From an uncultured Chloroflexia bacterium (lineage in GTDB: Bacteria; Chloroflexota; Limnocylindria; Limnocylindrales; CSP1-4), in NCBI GenBank assembly GCA_963722105.1, contig CAVRKQ010000004.1, forward strand, positions 101,759-165,758: a stretch of 64,000 nucleotides of DNA, written 5' to 3'. Made by a program: the position numbers and the translations under genes. The notes under the pieces were generated by a model. It did not search any database and was not told the origin of the DNA. It saw only the letters and a program-made list of their open reading frames with translations. Positions 39,135-47,208 of the stretch are shown piece after piece (the first letter of the stretch is position 1; every line of letters begins with the position of its first letter).

Positions 39135-39652
39135 GAAGGGCTGACGCCGGCAGCCGGCTCGAGCACGACGATCGCCGCCTCGCGGGCCCGCGTCGCGGCA
39201 TTCGCATCCGTGTACGCGGCCGAGCCGATGTCGACCAGCTGCCGCCACAGTCGCGCACGCTCTTCGCCGTCCGCGGACCTGGCCCGGAGCTCGCGCGTCG
39301 AGCCATCCGACAGGCGGACGACGGCACTCGGCGTGGCCTGGAGGTTGAGCCACCACGCCGGCTCGGGCTGGAGCCAGCCGTTCATCGCCGGCACGACGAG
39401 GTTCGCGCCGTCCTCGACGTAGCCGACGATCGCGACGCGCTTCGCGCCGCTCCGGCGCCCGACCGTCGTCAGCCGGAGCATCCCCCACTGCGTCGGGGTC
39501 GGCCGGCGAAGCCCGAGGCGCCCGCCCGTGAGCCGCAGCATCGCTCGATGGCCCTTCCAGATCGTTCGGATCAGCCAGGGTGGCACCTTCGGCGACGGCT
39601 TCGATCGATCGATCGTCTTCGTCTCGGTGGTGGTTGTGGTCGTCGTCGCCAT
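39131..39652 (-). CDS. Deazaflavin (F420H2)-dependent nitroreductase-family protein (DUF385).
   Basis: MATTTTTTTETKTIDRSKPSPKVPPWLIRTIWKGHRAMLRLTGGRLGLRRPT...LRLTTVGRRSGAKRVAIVGYVEDGANLVVPAMNGWLQPEPAWWLNLQATP...LRARSADGEERARLWRQL. Confidence 0.75.
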   Translation of the reverse strand: MATTTTTTTETKTIDRSKPSPKVPPWLIRTIWKGHRAMLRLTGGRLGLRRPTPTQWGMLRLTTVGRRSGAKRVAIVGYVEDGANLVVPAMNGWLQPEPAWWLNLQATPSAVVRLSDGSTRELRARSADGEERARLWRQLVDIGSAAYTDANAATRAREAAIVVLEPAAGVSPS

Positions 39653-39678
39653 GTCGTGCTCTCCTCCGGATCGCTTGC

Positions 39679-39726
39679 GTTTACGGTGTATGCTTACGTC
39701 GTAAACGTAGCCGCTACACCGTAAAC
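39679..39726. promoter_or_regulatory. Candidate TetR operator in the 93-bp divergent intergenic region. A perfect 12-bp inverted repeat GTTTACGGTGTA (N24) TACACCGTAAAC has a third central GTAAACG half-site.
   Basis: Seen directly. Three GTTTAC/GTAAAC elements lie between the divergent nitroreductase and TetR starts. Confidence 0.45.
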
Positions 39727-39745
39727 CTGTCAAGGTCCAAATTCG

Positions 39746-40465
39746 ATGGCAACGACAACTCGAACCGAGACCGGCCGATCCCGTCTGAGCCGTGACCTCG
39801 TCCTCCGGGCCGCGGTCGAGCTCGGTGACGAGGGCGGACTCGACGCCCTGAGCATGCGCAAGCTCGGCCAACAGCTCGGCGTGGAGGCGATGGCCCTCTA
39901 CCGCCACGTCCGCCACAAGGACGACCTGCTCGACGGCGTCGTCGAGGCGATCGTCGGCGAGATCCGGATCTCCCCACCGGCGACGGGCGACGACTGGAAG
40001 GCGGCCCTCCGGACCCAGATCCTCGACGCCCGCGCGGTGATGCTCCGCCACCCCTGGGCTCGCCGAGTGCTCGAGGACCGCGGCGTCGGTGGCCCGGCGA
40101 CCCTCGCCTACATCGAGTCCGTGCTGGCGATCCTCCGCGCCGGCGGCTTCTCGGTCGACGTGGCCCACCACGCGCTCCACGTCCTCGGCAGCCGGATCCT
40201 GGGATTCAACCAGGACCTCTTCGAGGACTCGACGCCGGACCCCGCGACCGCTCCCCCACCCGAGGACGATCCGATCCGGTCAGGCAAGCTCGCCTCGGTC
40301 TACCCGCGCATCACCGAGCTCGCGACCCAGGTGACGCACGACGGCGTCCTGGGCGCCTGCGACGACGACTTCGAGTTCGCGTTCGGGCTCGACCTCATCC
40401 TCGATGGCCTGGACCGGGCCGCGTCGCTCCCCGAGACCCGCGGCGACCCCGAGGGAGCGCCATGA
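39746..40465 (+). CDS. TetR-family transcriptional regulator.
   Basis: LSRDLVLRAAVELGDEGGLDALSMRKLGQQLGVEAMALYRHVRHKDDLL is the TetR HTH. Confidence 0.85.
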   Translation: MATTTRTETGRSRLSRDLVLRAAVELGDEGGLDALSMRKLGQQLGVEAMALYRHVRHKDDLLDGVVEAIVGEIRISPPATGDDWKAALRTQILDARAVMLRHPWARRVLEDRGVGGPATLAYIESVLAILRAGGFSVDVAHHALHVLGSRILGFNQDLFEDSTPDPATAPPPEDDPIRSGKLASVYPRITELATQVTHDGVLGACDDDFEFAFGLDLILDGLDRAASLPETRGDPEGAP

Positions 40466-41187
40466 GCAGGCTGTTGCCGTTGGTCGTGGTGGTGCTGGCA
40501 GCGTGCGGGGGTGGCCCGACAGCCACACCAGGACCCGGGCAGACGACCGCAGTTGGCCAGACGCCCGGCCCGGCCGCGACAGCGGGTCCAGCTGCGACCG
40601 TGGGGCCAGGCGCCACGCTCCTCCCGCCCCCGGGTGGCGTCACGATCCCCGAGGCCTGCGCCGCGGGCTTCGTCGAGTACCTGAAGGCGATCGAACCCGT
40701 GGTTTCCGGCTTCGACCCTGCGACATCGACCCTGGGTGACTTCTTCACCACCGACCAGGCGGCGAGCGAGAAGGGCGTCGAGCTGCTGGTCGCCAACGAC
40801 GGGAACGCCACCTACAGCTGTTCCGAGGTCGGGCTCGAGTTCGCCTACTTCGACGCGCGCTCGCCCTGGGCGGCGATCCACCAGGTCGCGTCCGCGAACG
40901 CCCCGGGCACGGAGCCCTACCTGCAGGTCAACGAGCGGGTCGCCGCGCTGGACAACACGCAGCTGAGCGACTTCGGCGCGGCCACCTGCGCGGACGCGTC
41001 CGGGCGGATCAAGGAGGCCGTGTCCGGCCTGATAAGCGCGGGCACGGCGAGCGCCGAGGACATGCCCGTCGAGGCTGGTATCGACCTGCTGGGTCTCTAC
41101 CGTGCGTACCTGAACAGCGTCGCGGACGGGACATGTCCCGACGTGCTCGGCAACGACGAGTTCGACTTCTTCGGCTCCATCGGCTGA
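40462..41187 (+). CDS. Lipoprotein, function unknown. Its start overlaps the TetR stop.
   Basis: MSRLLPLVVVVLAACGGGP lipobox, a Gly/Pro/Thr linker, then a ~170-aa domain with 4 Cys. Confidence 0.65.
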   Translation: MSRLLPLVVVVLAACGGGPTATPGPGQTTAVGQTPGPAATAGPAATVGPGATLLPPPGGVTIPEACAAGFVEYLKAIEPVVSGFDPATSTLGDFFTTDQAASEKGVELLVANDGNATYSCSEVGLEFAYFDARSPWAAIHQVASANAPGTEPYLQVNERVAALDNTQLSDFGAATCADASGRIKEAVSGLISAGTASAEDMPVEAGIDLLGLYRAYLNSVADGTCPDVLGNDEFDFFGSIG

Positions 41188-41212
41188 GGCGCCGGCAGCA
41201 ACGCCCCGAGGG

Positions 41213-42212
41213 TCAGCCCGGGGCGTACCGGGCCACGAGCCCGGCGTCCACGAGCGCCCGATCGACGTCGAGGTCGTCCGCTGTCGTCGTCCGGGACCAG
41301 GAGGGAGGCGTGCGAGCCGGGCCATGGGGCGTTGGCCTTGGCCGCGTAGCGCACCGAGACCTCCGACCCATCCGGCCGCTCGAGGACGTACGGCCCCTCC
41401 ATCGAGCCCTCGGCGACGAATTGATCCCAGGCGTCCCGAACCTCGGTGCGCTCCGAGTGCCGCGTGAGGTCCTCGACCCGCATCGTCAGCAGGCGCGCGA
41501 GCGGCCGCCCGGAGAGGCGCGCCGCCGCGGGCGTGGCGTGCACGTAGCGACGGCTGTTGTCGGCAAGGAGGATCGCCGGGGCATTCGGCTGGGCATCGAC
41601 CGCGGTGAGCGCGTCGAAGTGCTCGATCGTCGGCTCGGCCGCCCAGAACTGCGACAGCTCCTCGCCGCCCATCGGCTTTGCGAGGTCCGTGCCCGCGGCG
41701 TCGCGCAGCGCGTCCTCGTCCTGCCAGATCTGGACCGCGACGATGTCGTCCTGACGCCCCACCACCCTCCGCCCGAGGCTGAAGGCGACGAGCCCGGTCT
41801 CGTCGAGCAATCGATCCGCCCACTGCCGGACGGTCTCGTAGTACCGCGCCTCGGTGTTGGCTCGAATGGGAATCCGCGTGAGCCTGAGCTTGGCCTTGCG
41901 CAGGGGCATCGAGCGCGACTCGCCGATGACGAGCTCGTAGTGCTCGGCATGGGTTTCGGCGAGCATCTCGGAGGCGCCGGGCATCGACACGGGTGAGTAG
42001 AGGTCGCGGCCGGCGGCGGTCATCGAGTCGAAGCCCGTCCAGGTCGAGACGATCACCAGCTCCGTACCGTCCCGCGTCGCGCGGACGGCCGGCTGGAACG
42101 ACAGCAGCCCCGGGATCGTGAGCGCGTGGGCAACGGCCTCATCTCGGACGAACCGCGTCAGCCGCGATTCCTCGCCGTCGATGACCCGTCCCCGAAGCAC
42201 CCGAAGGATCAT
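41213..42212 (-). CDS. Protein with two ABM (antibiotic-biosynthesis-monooxygenase / Dabb-like) domains and a C-terminal PAS domain. One frame change lies near 41290.
   Basis: MILRVLRGRVIDGEESRLTRFVRDEAVAHALTIPGLLSFQPAVRA...IVAVQIWQDEDALRDAAG... PAS-like AILLADNSRRYVHATPAAARLSGRPLARLLTMRVEDL. The C-terminus resumes in another frame (...ADDLDVDRALVDAGLVARYAPG*). Confidence 0.6.
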
Positions 42213-42458
42213 TGCCCGCTGCCCTCGCGCGCTCTGTTGCGCCCTGCGACCTGCCCTGTCCCTACCGGTTCCCCGTCCGGATCTCGAACCATACCGCGCT
42301 GCGCGCGAATTGCCACATCGAGTTTTGGGTCCGGTGCGTGCGAACGTCCGTGCTACGCTGGTGGCTCACCGCAACTCGCGGTGCCTCGCGTGGCCCTACC
42401 TCCTTCTCGAACGGACCGTGCGCTTTGTAGCCCAGTTCGGGAAGCTTTGGAGGTCACT

Positions 42459-42677
42459 GTGACCACCGGAACCATCAAGAAGGTCATCGCCGATCGCGGC
42501 TTTGGCTTCATCACCGCCGAGGATGCGAAGGATTACTTCTTCCATCGCGGCGCCCTCGACAGCTCGCTTGACTTCGACCGCCTGAACGGCGGGGAGAAGG
42601 TCGAGTTCGAGGTCGAGGAGGGCCCGAAGGGTCCTCGCGCCGCCAAGGTCCGCGCCGCTTCCAGCGCCGCGGTCTAG
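42459..42677 (+). CDS. csp: Cold-shock protein (CspA family), second copy, with a GTG start.
   Basis: (M)TTGTIKKVIADRGFGFITAEDAKDYFFHRGALDSSLDFDRLNGGEKVEFEVEEGPKGPRAAKV. Its 5'UTR is about 80% identical to that of the csp at 9860. Confidence 0.85.
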   Translation: MTTGTIKKVIADRGFGFITAEDAKDYFFHRGALDSSLDFDRLNGGEKVEFEVEEGPKGPRAAKVRAASSAAV

Positions 42678-42686
42678 GCAACGCTC

Positions 42687-42727
42687 CAGGCGGCTCGTCC
42701 ACCCGGACGGGCCGCCTCGTGCTTTCT
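42687..42727 (+). terminator. Terminator-like hairpin after csp2. 13-bp stem AGGCGGCTCGTCC / GGACGGGCCGCCT with one mismatch, loop ACCC, then CGTGCTTTCTC.
   Basis: Seen directly. Confidence 0.3.
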
Positions 42728-42741
42728 CACACCGAATCCCC

Positions 42742-43872
42742 ATGGTCCGCGCCGCCTTCGTTTCGACGTACTCGCCGCGCGTCTGCAGCCTGGCGAGCTA
42801 CACGGCCGAGCTCAGCCGGGTCACCCCCGACCGTGAGATCGTCGCGCTCTACTCGGACGAGCCGGCCGACAAGCACGCGTTCGAGGTGCACCACCGGATT
42901 CGCCTCGACGAGCGGCCCGACTACGCCCGAACGGCCAGCGCGCTCGCACGCTGCGCCGACGTCGCGTCCATCCAGTTCGATGCCAGCGTCTGGGGTGGCC
43001 CGGGCGGCGATTCCGTGCTCGACTTCGTCCACGCCCTCGAGATCCCCGCGGTCGCGACGCTCCACTCGCTCCCCCGCCGGCCGACCGAAGACCAGCGCGA
43101 GATCCTCGCGGAGCTGATTCGGACGGTCCAGGCGACCGTCGTCATGTCCGAGACCGCCGCTCGCCTTCTTGTCGACGAGTACGGCGCCGACCGGCGTGCG
43201 GTCGAGGTCATCCCCTACGGCGCACCGGACCTGCCGAGCGTCGCCCCCGAGTCGATCGCACCGACGCTCGGGCTCGAGGGGGTGGACGCGATCCTGAGCT
43301 TCGGGCTCCTCGGGCCGGACAAGGGCTTCGGGCTGATGATCGAGGCACTGCCGGCGATCGTGGCGGCCCACCCGAGGGCGGTCTACGTGATCCTCGGCGC
43401 GACGCACCCTGACGTGGTCCGCGAATCGGGGCAGGCCTACCGGACGTCGCTCGCCGCGCGCGCCGCCGCGTTGAAGGTCACCAAGAACGTGCGGTTCGTC
43501 GACGAGTTCGTCGGGCGGAACGTGCTCACCCGCTGGCTCCAGGCCGCGACGGTCTTCGTCACCCCGAACCCCGACCTCGACACCATGCTCTCCGGCCCGC
43601 TCTCCTACGCGATGGCGACCGGCCGCGCGACGGTGTCCACCCGCTACCCCTACGCGGAGGAGCTGCTCGCCGATGGCCGCGGCCTGCTCGTCGATCCCAC
43701 GCCGGAGGCGCTCGCCGAGGCGGTCATCCGGCTCCTTGGCGACCCCCAGCTCCGGGCGGACCTCGGCGAACGCGCCCATGACCATGCCCGCCCGATGGCC
43801 TGGGGTCGCGTGGGTGAGGCGTATCAGCGCCTCTTCGAACGGGTCAGCGCCCGGCCGCTCGCACCCGCCTGA
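42742..43872 (+). CDS. GT4-family glycosyltransferase, paralogue of 10144..11403.
   Basis: MVRAAFVSTYSPRVCSLASYTAEL...GLLGPDKGFGLMIEALPAIVAAHPRAVYVILGATHPD...FVTPNP...RYPYAEELLADGRGLLVDP. Confidence 0.8.
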   Translation: MVRAAFVSTYSPRVCSLASYTAELSRVTPDREIVALYSDEPADKHAFEVHHRIRLDERPDYARTASALARCADVASIQFDASVWGGPGGDSVLDFVHALEIPAVATLHSLPRRPTEDQREILAELIRTVQATVVMSETAARLLVDEYGADRRAVEVIPYGAPDLPSVAPESIAPTLGLEGVDAILSFGLLGPDKGFGLMIEALPAIVAAHPRAVYVILGATHPDVVRESGQAYRTSLAARAAALKVTKNVRFVDEFVGRNVLTRWLQAATVFVTPNPDLDTMLSGPLSYAMATGRATVSTRYPYAEELLADGRGLLVDPTPEALAEAVIRLLGDPQLRADLGERAHDHARPMAWGRVGEAYQRLFERVSARPLAPA

Positions 43873-43891
43873 CGCTCGCTGGGGGCTCCGA

Positions 43892-44560
43892 CTAGAAGCC
43901 GACCGGCTCCTTGATGATCACCACCGTGAACCGGGTGGGCCGGAACTCCTTGCGGATGATCAGGAGCTTCTTGATCTCGCTGTCGATCCCGTAGAGGCCC
44001 TGCATCCGCTCGCTCTCGAGCGGCAGCGTGTGCTCCTCGAGGCGCTGGAGCGCGGTGGCGAGATCCGGGACGAGCTTCTGCGACCCGACTGCGAAGATCA
44101 CCTCGCCGGCGCCAAACGCGAGGGGCGCGAGCTGGCTGCCGGTGTTCGAGGCGACGACGATCGTGCCGTCCTCGGTGATGGCGTGGGCGCTGTTCACGTA
44201 CCAGTCCGGCCCGACGCCGAGCTTCCGCATCGCCCGGAGGCCCTCCGGCGAGTTGCGATCCATCGAGCGGGTGTGCTTCCGGACCGCGTCGTATCGACCG
44301 GACTCTTCGAGCTCTTTCGTGACGCCGATGACCTCGAGCGTGTGCGAGGCGCCCTGTCCGACCTCCGCGCCCTCCGGGAGGATGTCGAGGATGACCTCGC
44401 GGGCCTCGTCTCCATCTTCGACGACGTGGACGGTGTAGCCCTTGGCCTTGAGGGCGTCCGCGGTGCGCTCGATGGTCGCGTCGTCGGCGCGATCGCCGAA
44501 CCCCGGCGCTGGGGATGGATGGCCGGTCGGGTTCGGCTCGAGGGCCGTGGCGAGGCTCAT
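43892..44560 (-). CDS. LUD-domain protein (lactate-utilisation LutC/YkgG-like, DUF162).
   Basis: ...IERTADALKAKGYTVHVVEDGDEAREVILDILPEGAEVGQGAS...AITEDGTIVVASNTGSQLAPLAFGAGEVIFAVGSQKLVPDL. Confidence 0.7.
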   Translation of the reverse strand: MSLATALEPNPTGHPSPAPGFGDRADDATIERTADALKAKGYTVHVVEDGDEAREVILDILPEGAEVGQGASHTLEVIGVTKELEESGRYDAVRKHTRSMDRNSPEGLRAMRKLGVGPDWYVNSAHAITEDGTIVVASNTGSQLAPLAFGAGEVIFAVGSQKLVPDLATALQRLEEHTLPLESERMQGLYGIDSEIKKLLIIRKEFRPTRFTVVIIKEPVGF

Positions 44561-44600
44561 GTTCAGAGGGCTCCTGGGTTGCTGGTGTCGACGTAGATCG

Positions 44601-44642
44601 TTGACTCTGCAACTATTCTACGCGGTTTGCGCAATTGCGCAA
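44601..44642 (-). promoter_or_regulatory. Putative promoter for the LUD-domain gene with an overlapping perfect 16-bp palindrome TTGCGCAATTGCGCAA (44627..44642). On the minus strand there is a -35-like TTGCGC, a 16-nt spacer and a -10-like TAGAAT.
   Basis: Seen directly. The palindrome lies 67 bp upstream of the LUD start and 20 bp downstream of the XRE gene stop. Confidence 0.35.
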
Positions 44643-44661
44643 GCCCATGCCCTGCACGCAT

Positions 44662-45399
44662 TCACCTGCCGACGCGACACCCGCGCGGCGGTGCGTCGAG
44701 GACCTCGGCTCTTCCATCTTCGACCGTCGCCCAGACGATCCCCGAACCGGGCCACGCGGCGCTGCCACGAAGCGCGTCGAGGACGTTGACGGTCCTCGCT
44801 GGAAAGGCAGCCGAGAGGGTCGCCGCGAATGACGCTGCGACCTCTCGAGTCTGCCTCGTGGATCTGAGCAGCAGCATGCTGGCCACAACGTCCGTTGGTG
44901 GGGACTGGGCTCGCACCGCATCCTCCTTCTCGGCAAGTCTCCGGAGCACGGCTTCGAGCCGCCGAATCTCGGAATGGCACTCACACACGATCGTGAGATG
45001 GTCAAGCCCGCGCCGCAGGATGAGATCGGCAACCCCACGCGCAGCTGGGATCGGCACCTCTGGCTGCGGTTGCCATGCATTTCCCAGCAACCTCACAAGG
45101 GCCTCGACCATCGGCGCCTGGAAGCGATCATGCAGACGCCATCCCGCCGTCGGAAACAGTCGGACGCCGAGGTCCGCTCCGAGGCAGGTCGACAGGGCGA
45201 CGAGAGCATCGAGGCTGGCGTTCGCGGTGCCGGCTTCGATGCGCCAGAGGTGTCCAGGATCGACGCCCGAGCACCGCGCGAGATCGGCTCGGGTCACGCC
45301 TGCGTCGGTCCGAAGCTCGGCAACCTGCCTGCCGATCCGCTCACGGAGTGTCCGAAGGAGGCGAGCTCGTTCTCGACTGCCAGGTCCTGGCGCTGTCAT
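44662..45399 (-). CDS. XRE (Cro/C1)-family HTH transcriptional regulator with a C-terminal ~170-aa domain of unknown function.
   Basis: LRTDAGVTRADLARCSGVDPGHLWRIEAGTANASLDALVALSTCLGADLGV is an XRE HTH. Confidence 0.7.
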   Translation of the reverse strand: MTAPGPGSRERARLLRTLRERIGRQVAELRTDAGVTRADLARCSGVDPGHLWRIEAGTANASLDALVALSTCLGADLGVRLFPTAGWRLHDRFQAPMVEALVRLLGNAWQPQPEVPIPAARGVADLILRRGLDHLTIVCECHSEIRRLEAVLRRLAEKEDAVRAQSPPTDVVASMLLLRSTRQTREVAASFAATLSAAFPARTVNVLDALRGSAAWPGSGIVWATVEDGRAEVLDAPPRGCRVGR

Positions 45400-45463
45400 G
45401 TCTACCAGTCAAGACCTGGGCGGTTACCTGCGGCTTATCGCCACTCGTGGCCCCGTGGAGTGG

Positions 45464-45492
45464 TTGTTCGTGTCTCGTGGACACGAACAACG
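45464..45492. promoter_or_regulatory. Perfect 12-bp inverted repeat GTTGTTCGTGTC-tcgtg-GACACGAACAAC, about 65 bp upstream of the XRE regulator start. It is a member of a recurring TTCGTGTC..GACACGAA motif family.
   Basis: Seen directly. Confidence 0.45.
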
Positions 45493-45599
45493 AGTTGACT
45501 GGGCCGATTCGCCGCATCTGGGGCCTGATCGTGTCCGTGGTGCACGAAATCGGCATGAAGGCGACGAAATGGGCCCGCCTCACGGGACTTCCAGCTGCC

Positions 45600-45620
45600 T
45601 TCGTGTCTGACAGACACGCC
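45600..45620. promoter_or_regulatory. Perfect 17-bp palindrome CGTGTCTGACAGACACG (TTCGTGTCTGACAGACACGCC). It belongs to the same motif family and lies between the antiporter stop and the XRE start.
   Basis: Seen directly. Confidence 0.4.
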
Positions 45621-45649
45621 TCGGGGCTCGTCGAGGGGAAGTGGGCCCC

Positions 45650-47206
45650 CTATCCCTCTGCGCGGAGCTCCTCGAGGTCCAGGTCGCGCTCGATGAGGCG
45701 AAGCGTGCGGTCGTTGATCTGGCCGGCGTCGCGGAGCTCGATCACGGCCGTGCGCTGCGCCGCGATGACGGAGCGCTGGATCTCTTCGTGCTCGAGGCGC
45801 TCCTGGGCTCGCTCGGCCGTCTCGTTCGCGTCCTCGGTGGCGAGGTGCTCGGTGCGGTCGCGGAGGCCGGCCTCGAGCCGGTCGATCAGCTCGGCGTGGC
45901 CCGGCCAGGCGACACGGGCTCGGACCAGCTCGTCGAGGCCCGCGCGGTAGGCGGCACTTCGGGCGAGCGTCGTCTCGTCGCCGTCGATGTCGACGCCCTC
46001 GATGCGCGCCCAGCGGACCAGCCTCGGCAGCGTCAGCCCCTGCCCCACCAGCGTGACGACGATCACGACGAACGTCACGAGCAGGATCAGGTTGCGTTCC
46101 GGGAAGTCCTGCGGCAGCGCAAGGGCCGCCGCGAGCGAGACGGCGCCGCGGAGCCCGGACCACCCGACGACCCACGTGAGGCGCCGGGCGAGCTCGGGGC
46201 TGACGAGGGCGATCTGCTGCCGGGTCGAGTTCGGGATGCGGCTGGCGACCTCGACGTAGGCGAGGCGGGTCAGCACCACGGCAGCGGTCACCAGCCCCAC
46301 GATCAGGGCGACCTGGCCGATCGATCGATCGCCGAGCTCTCCCAGGACCTCGGGCAGCTCGAGCCCGACCAGCACGAACGCGAAGCCGTTCAGCACGAAC
46401 CCGACCATCTTCCAGGTCGACAGCCACAGCAGCCGCGTCTGCGGCCCCAGGATCGTCCCGAGCCGGTTGCCGATGATCAGCCCCGCGGCCACCGCCGCGA
46501 GCACGCCCGAGAGCCCGAGCCGGTCCGCCGGCAGGTAGGCCACGAACGGGATCACGAGGGACAGGAGGACCTCGACCGGCGGGTTGTCCAGCCAGCGCAG
46601 GACAAGGGAGGCGGCGACCCCCACGACCACCCCGATCGCGATGCCGCCGACGACGGCAGCGGCGAATCCCGCCACCGCGTCCGCCAGCACGAACGTCCCT
46701 CCGATCGTCGCCAGGAGCGCGGTCCGGTACGCGACGAGCGCGGTCGCGTCGTTGAACAGGGACTCGCCCTCGACGATCGCGGCCGCCCGCCTGGGAAGGC
46801 CGAGCCGGCGGAAGACGGAGGTCGCGGCGATCGCGTCGGTCGGGCCGACGATTGCGCCGAGGGTGAATGCAGCCGCCCAATCGAGCCCGATCGCGAAGCG
46901 TCCCACGATCGCGACGGCCAGCATCGTGAGCAGCACGAGCACGATCGAGAGCCGGATGATCGGCCAGCCGTCGGTCCGGAGCTCCCGCACCGGTGTCTCG
47001 ACGGCCGCCTCGAACAGCAGCGGCGGCAGGAAGACGAGGAGCACGAGCTCCGGCTCCAGCGTGATTCGGGGCAGCCCGGGCACGAATGCGAGCGCCAGCC
47101 CACCGAGCACGAACAGGCTCGGATAGGGCACGCCGATGCGGCGCGCGACCTCGAAGAGCAGCGCGATCGCGACGACGATCGCGAGGATCGCGCTCAGAGA
47201 GTCCAC
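45650..47206 (-). CDS. Na+/H+ antiporter (CPA1/NhaP-type) with a C-terminal cytoplasmic regulatory helix region.
   Basis: About 12 TM helices. LFNDATALVAYRTALLATIGG...WSGLRGAVSLAAALALP is the conserved CPA1 core. Confidence 0.85.
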   Translation of the reverse strand: MDSLSAILAIVVAIALLFEVARRIGVPYPSLFVLGGLALAFVPGLPRITLEPELVLLVFLPPLLFEAAVETPVRELRTDGWPIIRLSIVLVLLTMLAVAIVGRFAIGLDWAAAFTLGAIVGPTDAIAATSVFRRLGLPRRAAAIVEGESLFNDATALVAYRTALLATIGGTFVLADAVAGFAAAVVGGIAIGVVVGVAASLVLRWLDNPPVEVLLSLVIPFVAYLPADRLGLSGVLAAVAAGLIIGNRLGTILGPQTRLLWLSTWKMVGFVLNGFAFVLVGLELPEVLGELGDRSIGQVALIVGLVTAAVVLTRLAYVEVASRIPNSTRQQIALVSPELARRLTWVVGWSGLRGAVSLAAALALPQDFPERNLILLVTFVVIVVTLVGQGLTLPRLVRWARIEGVDIDGDETTLARSAAYRAGLDELVRARVAWPGHAELIDRLEAGLRDRTEHLATEDANETAERAQERLEHEEIQRSVIAAQRTAVIELRDAGQINDRTLRLIERDLDLEELRAEG

Positions 47207-47208
47207 GG

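Noticed and set aside
39603-39760. Both divergent genes (nitroreductase and TetR) begin MATTT..., which suggested a duplicated start region or inverted repeat.
   Set aside because: The DNA is not an inverted duplication (ACG/ACC Thr runs on opposite strands are different sequences). I treat it as coincidence. The real shared feature is the GTTTAC operator.
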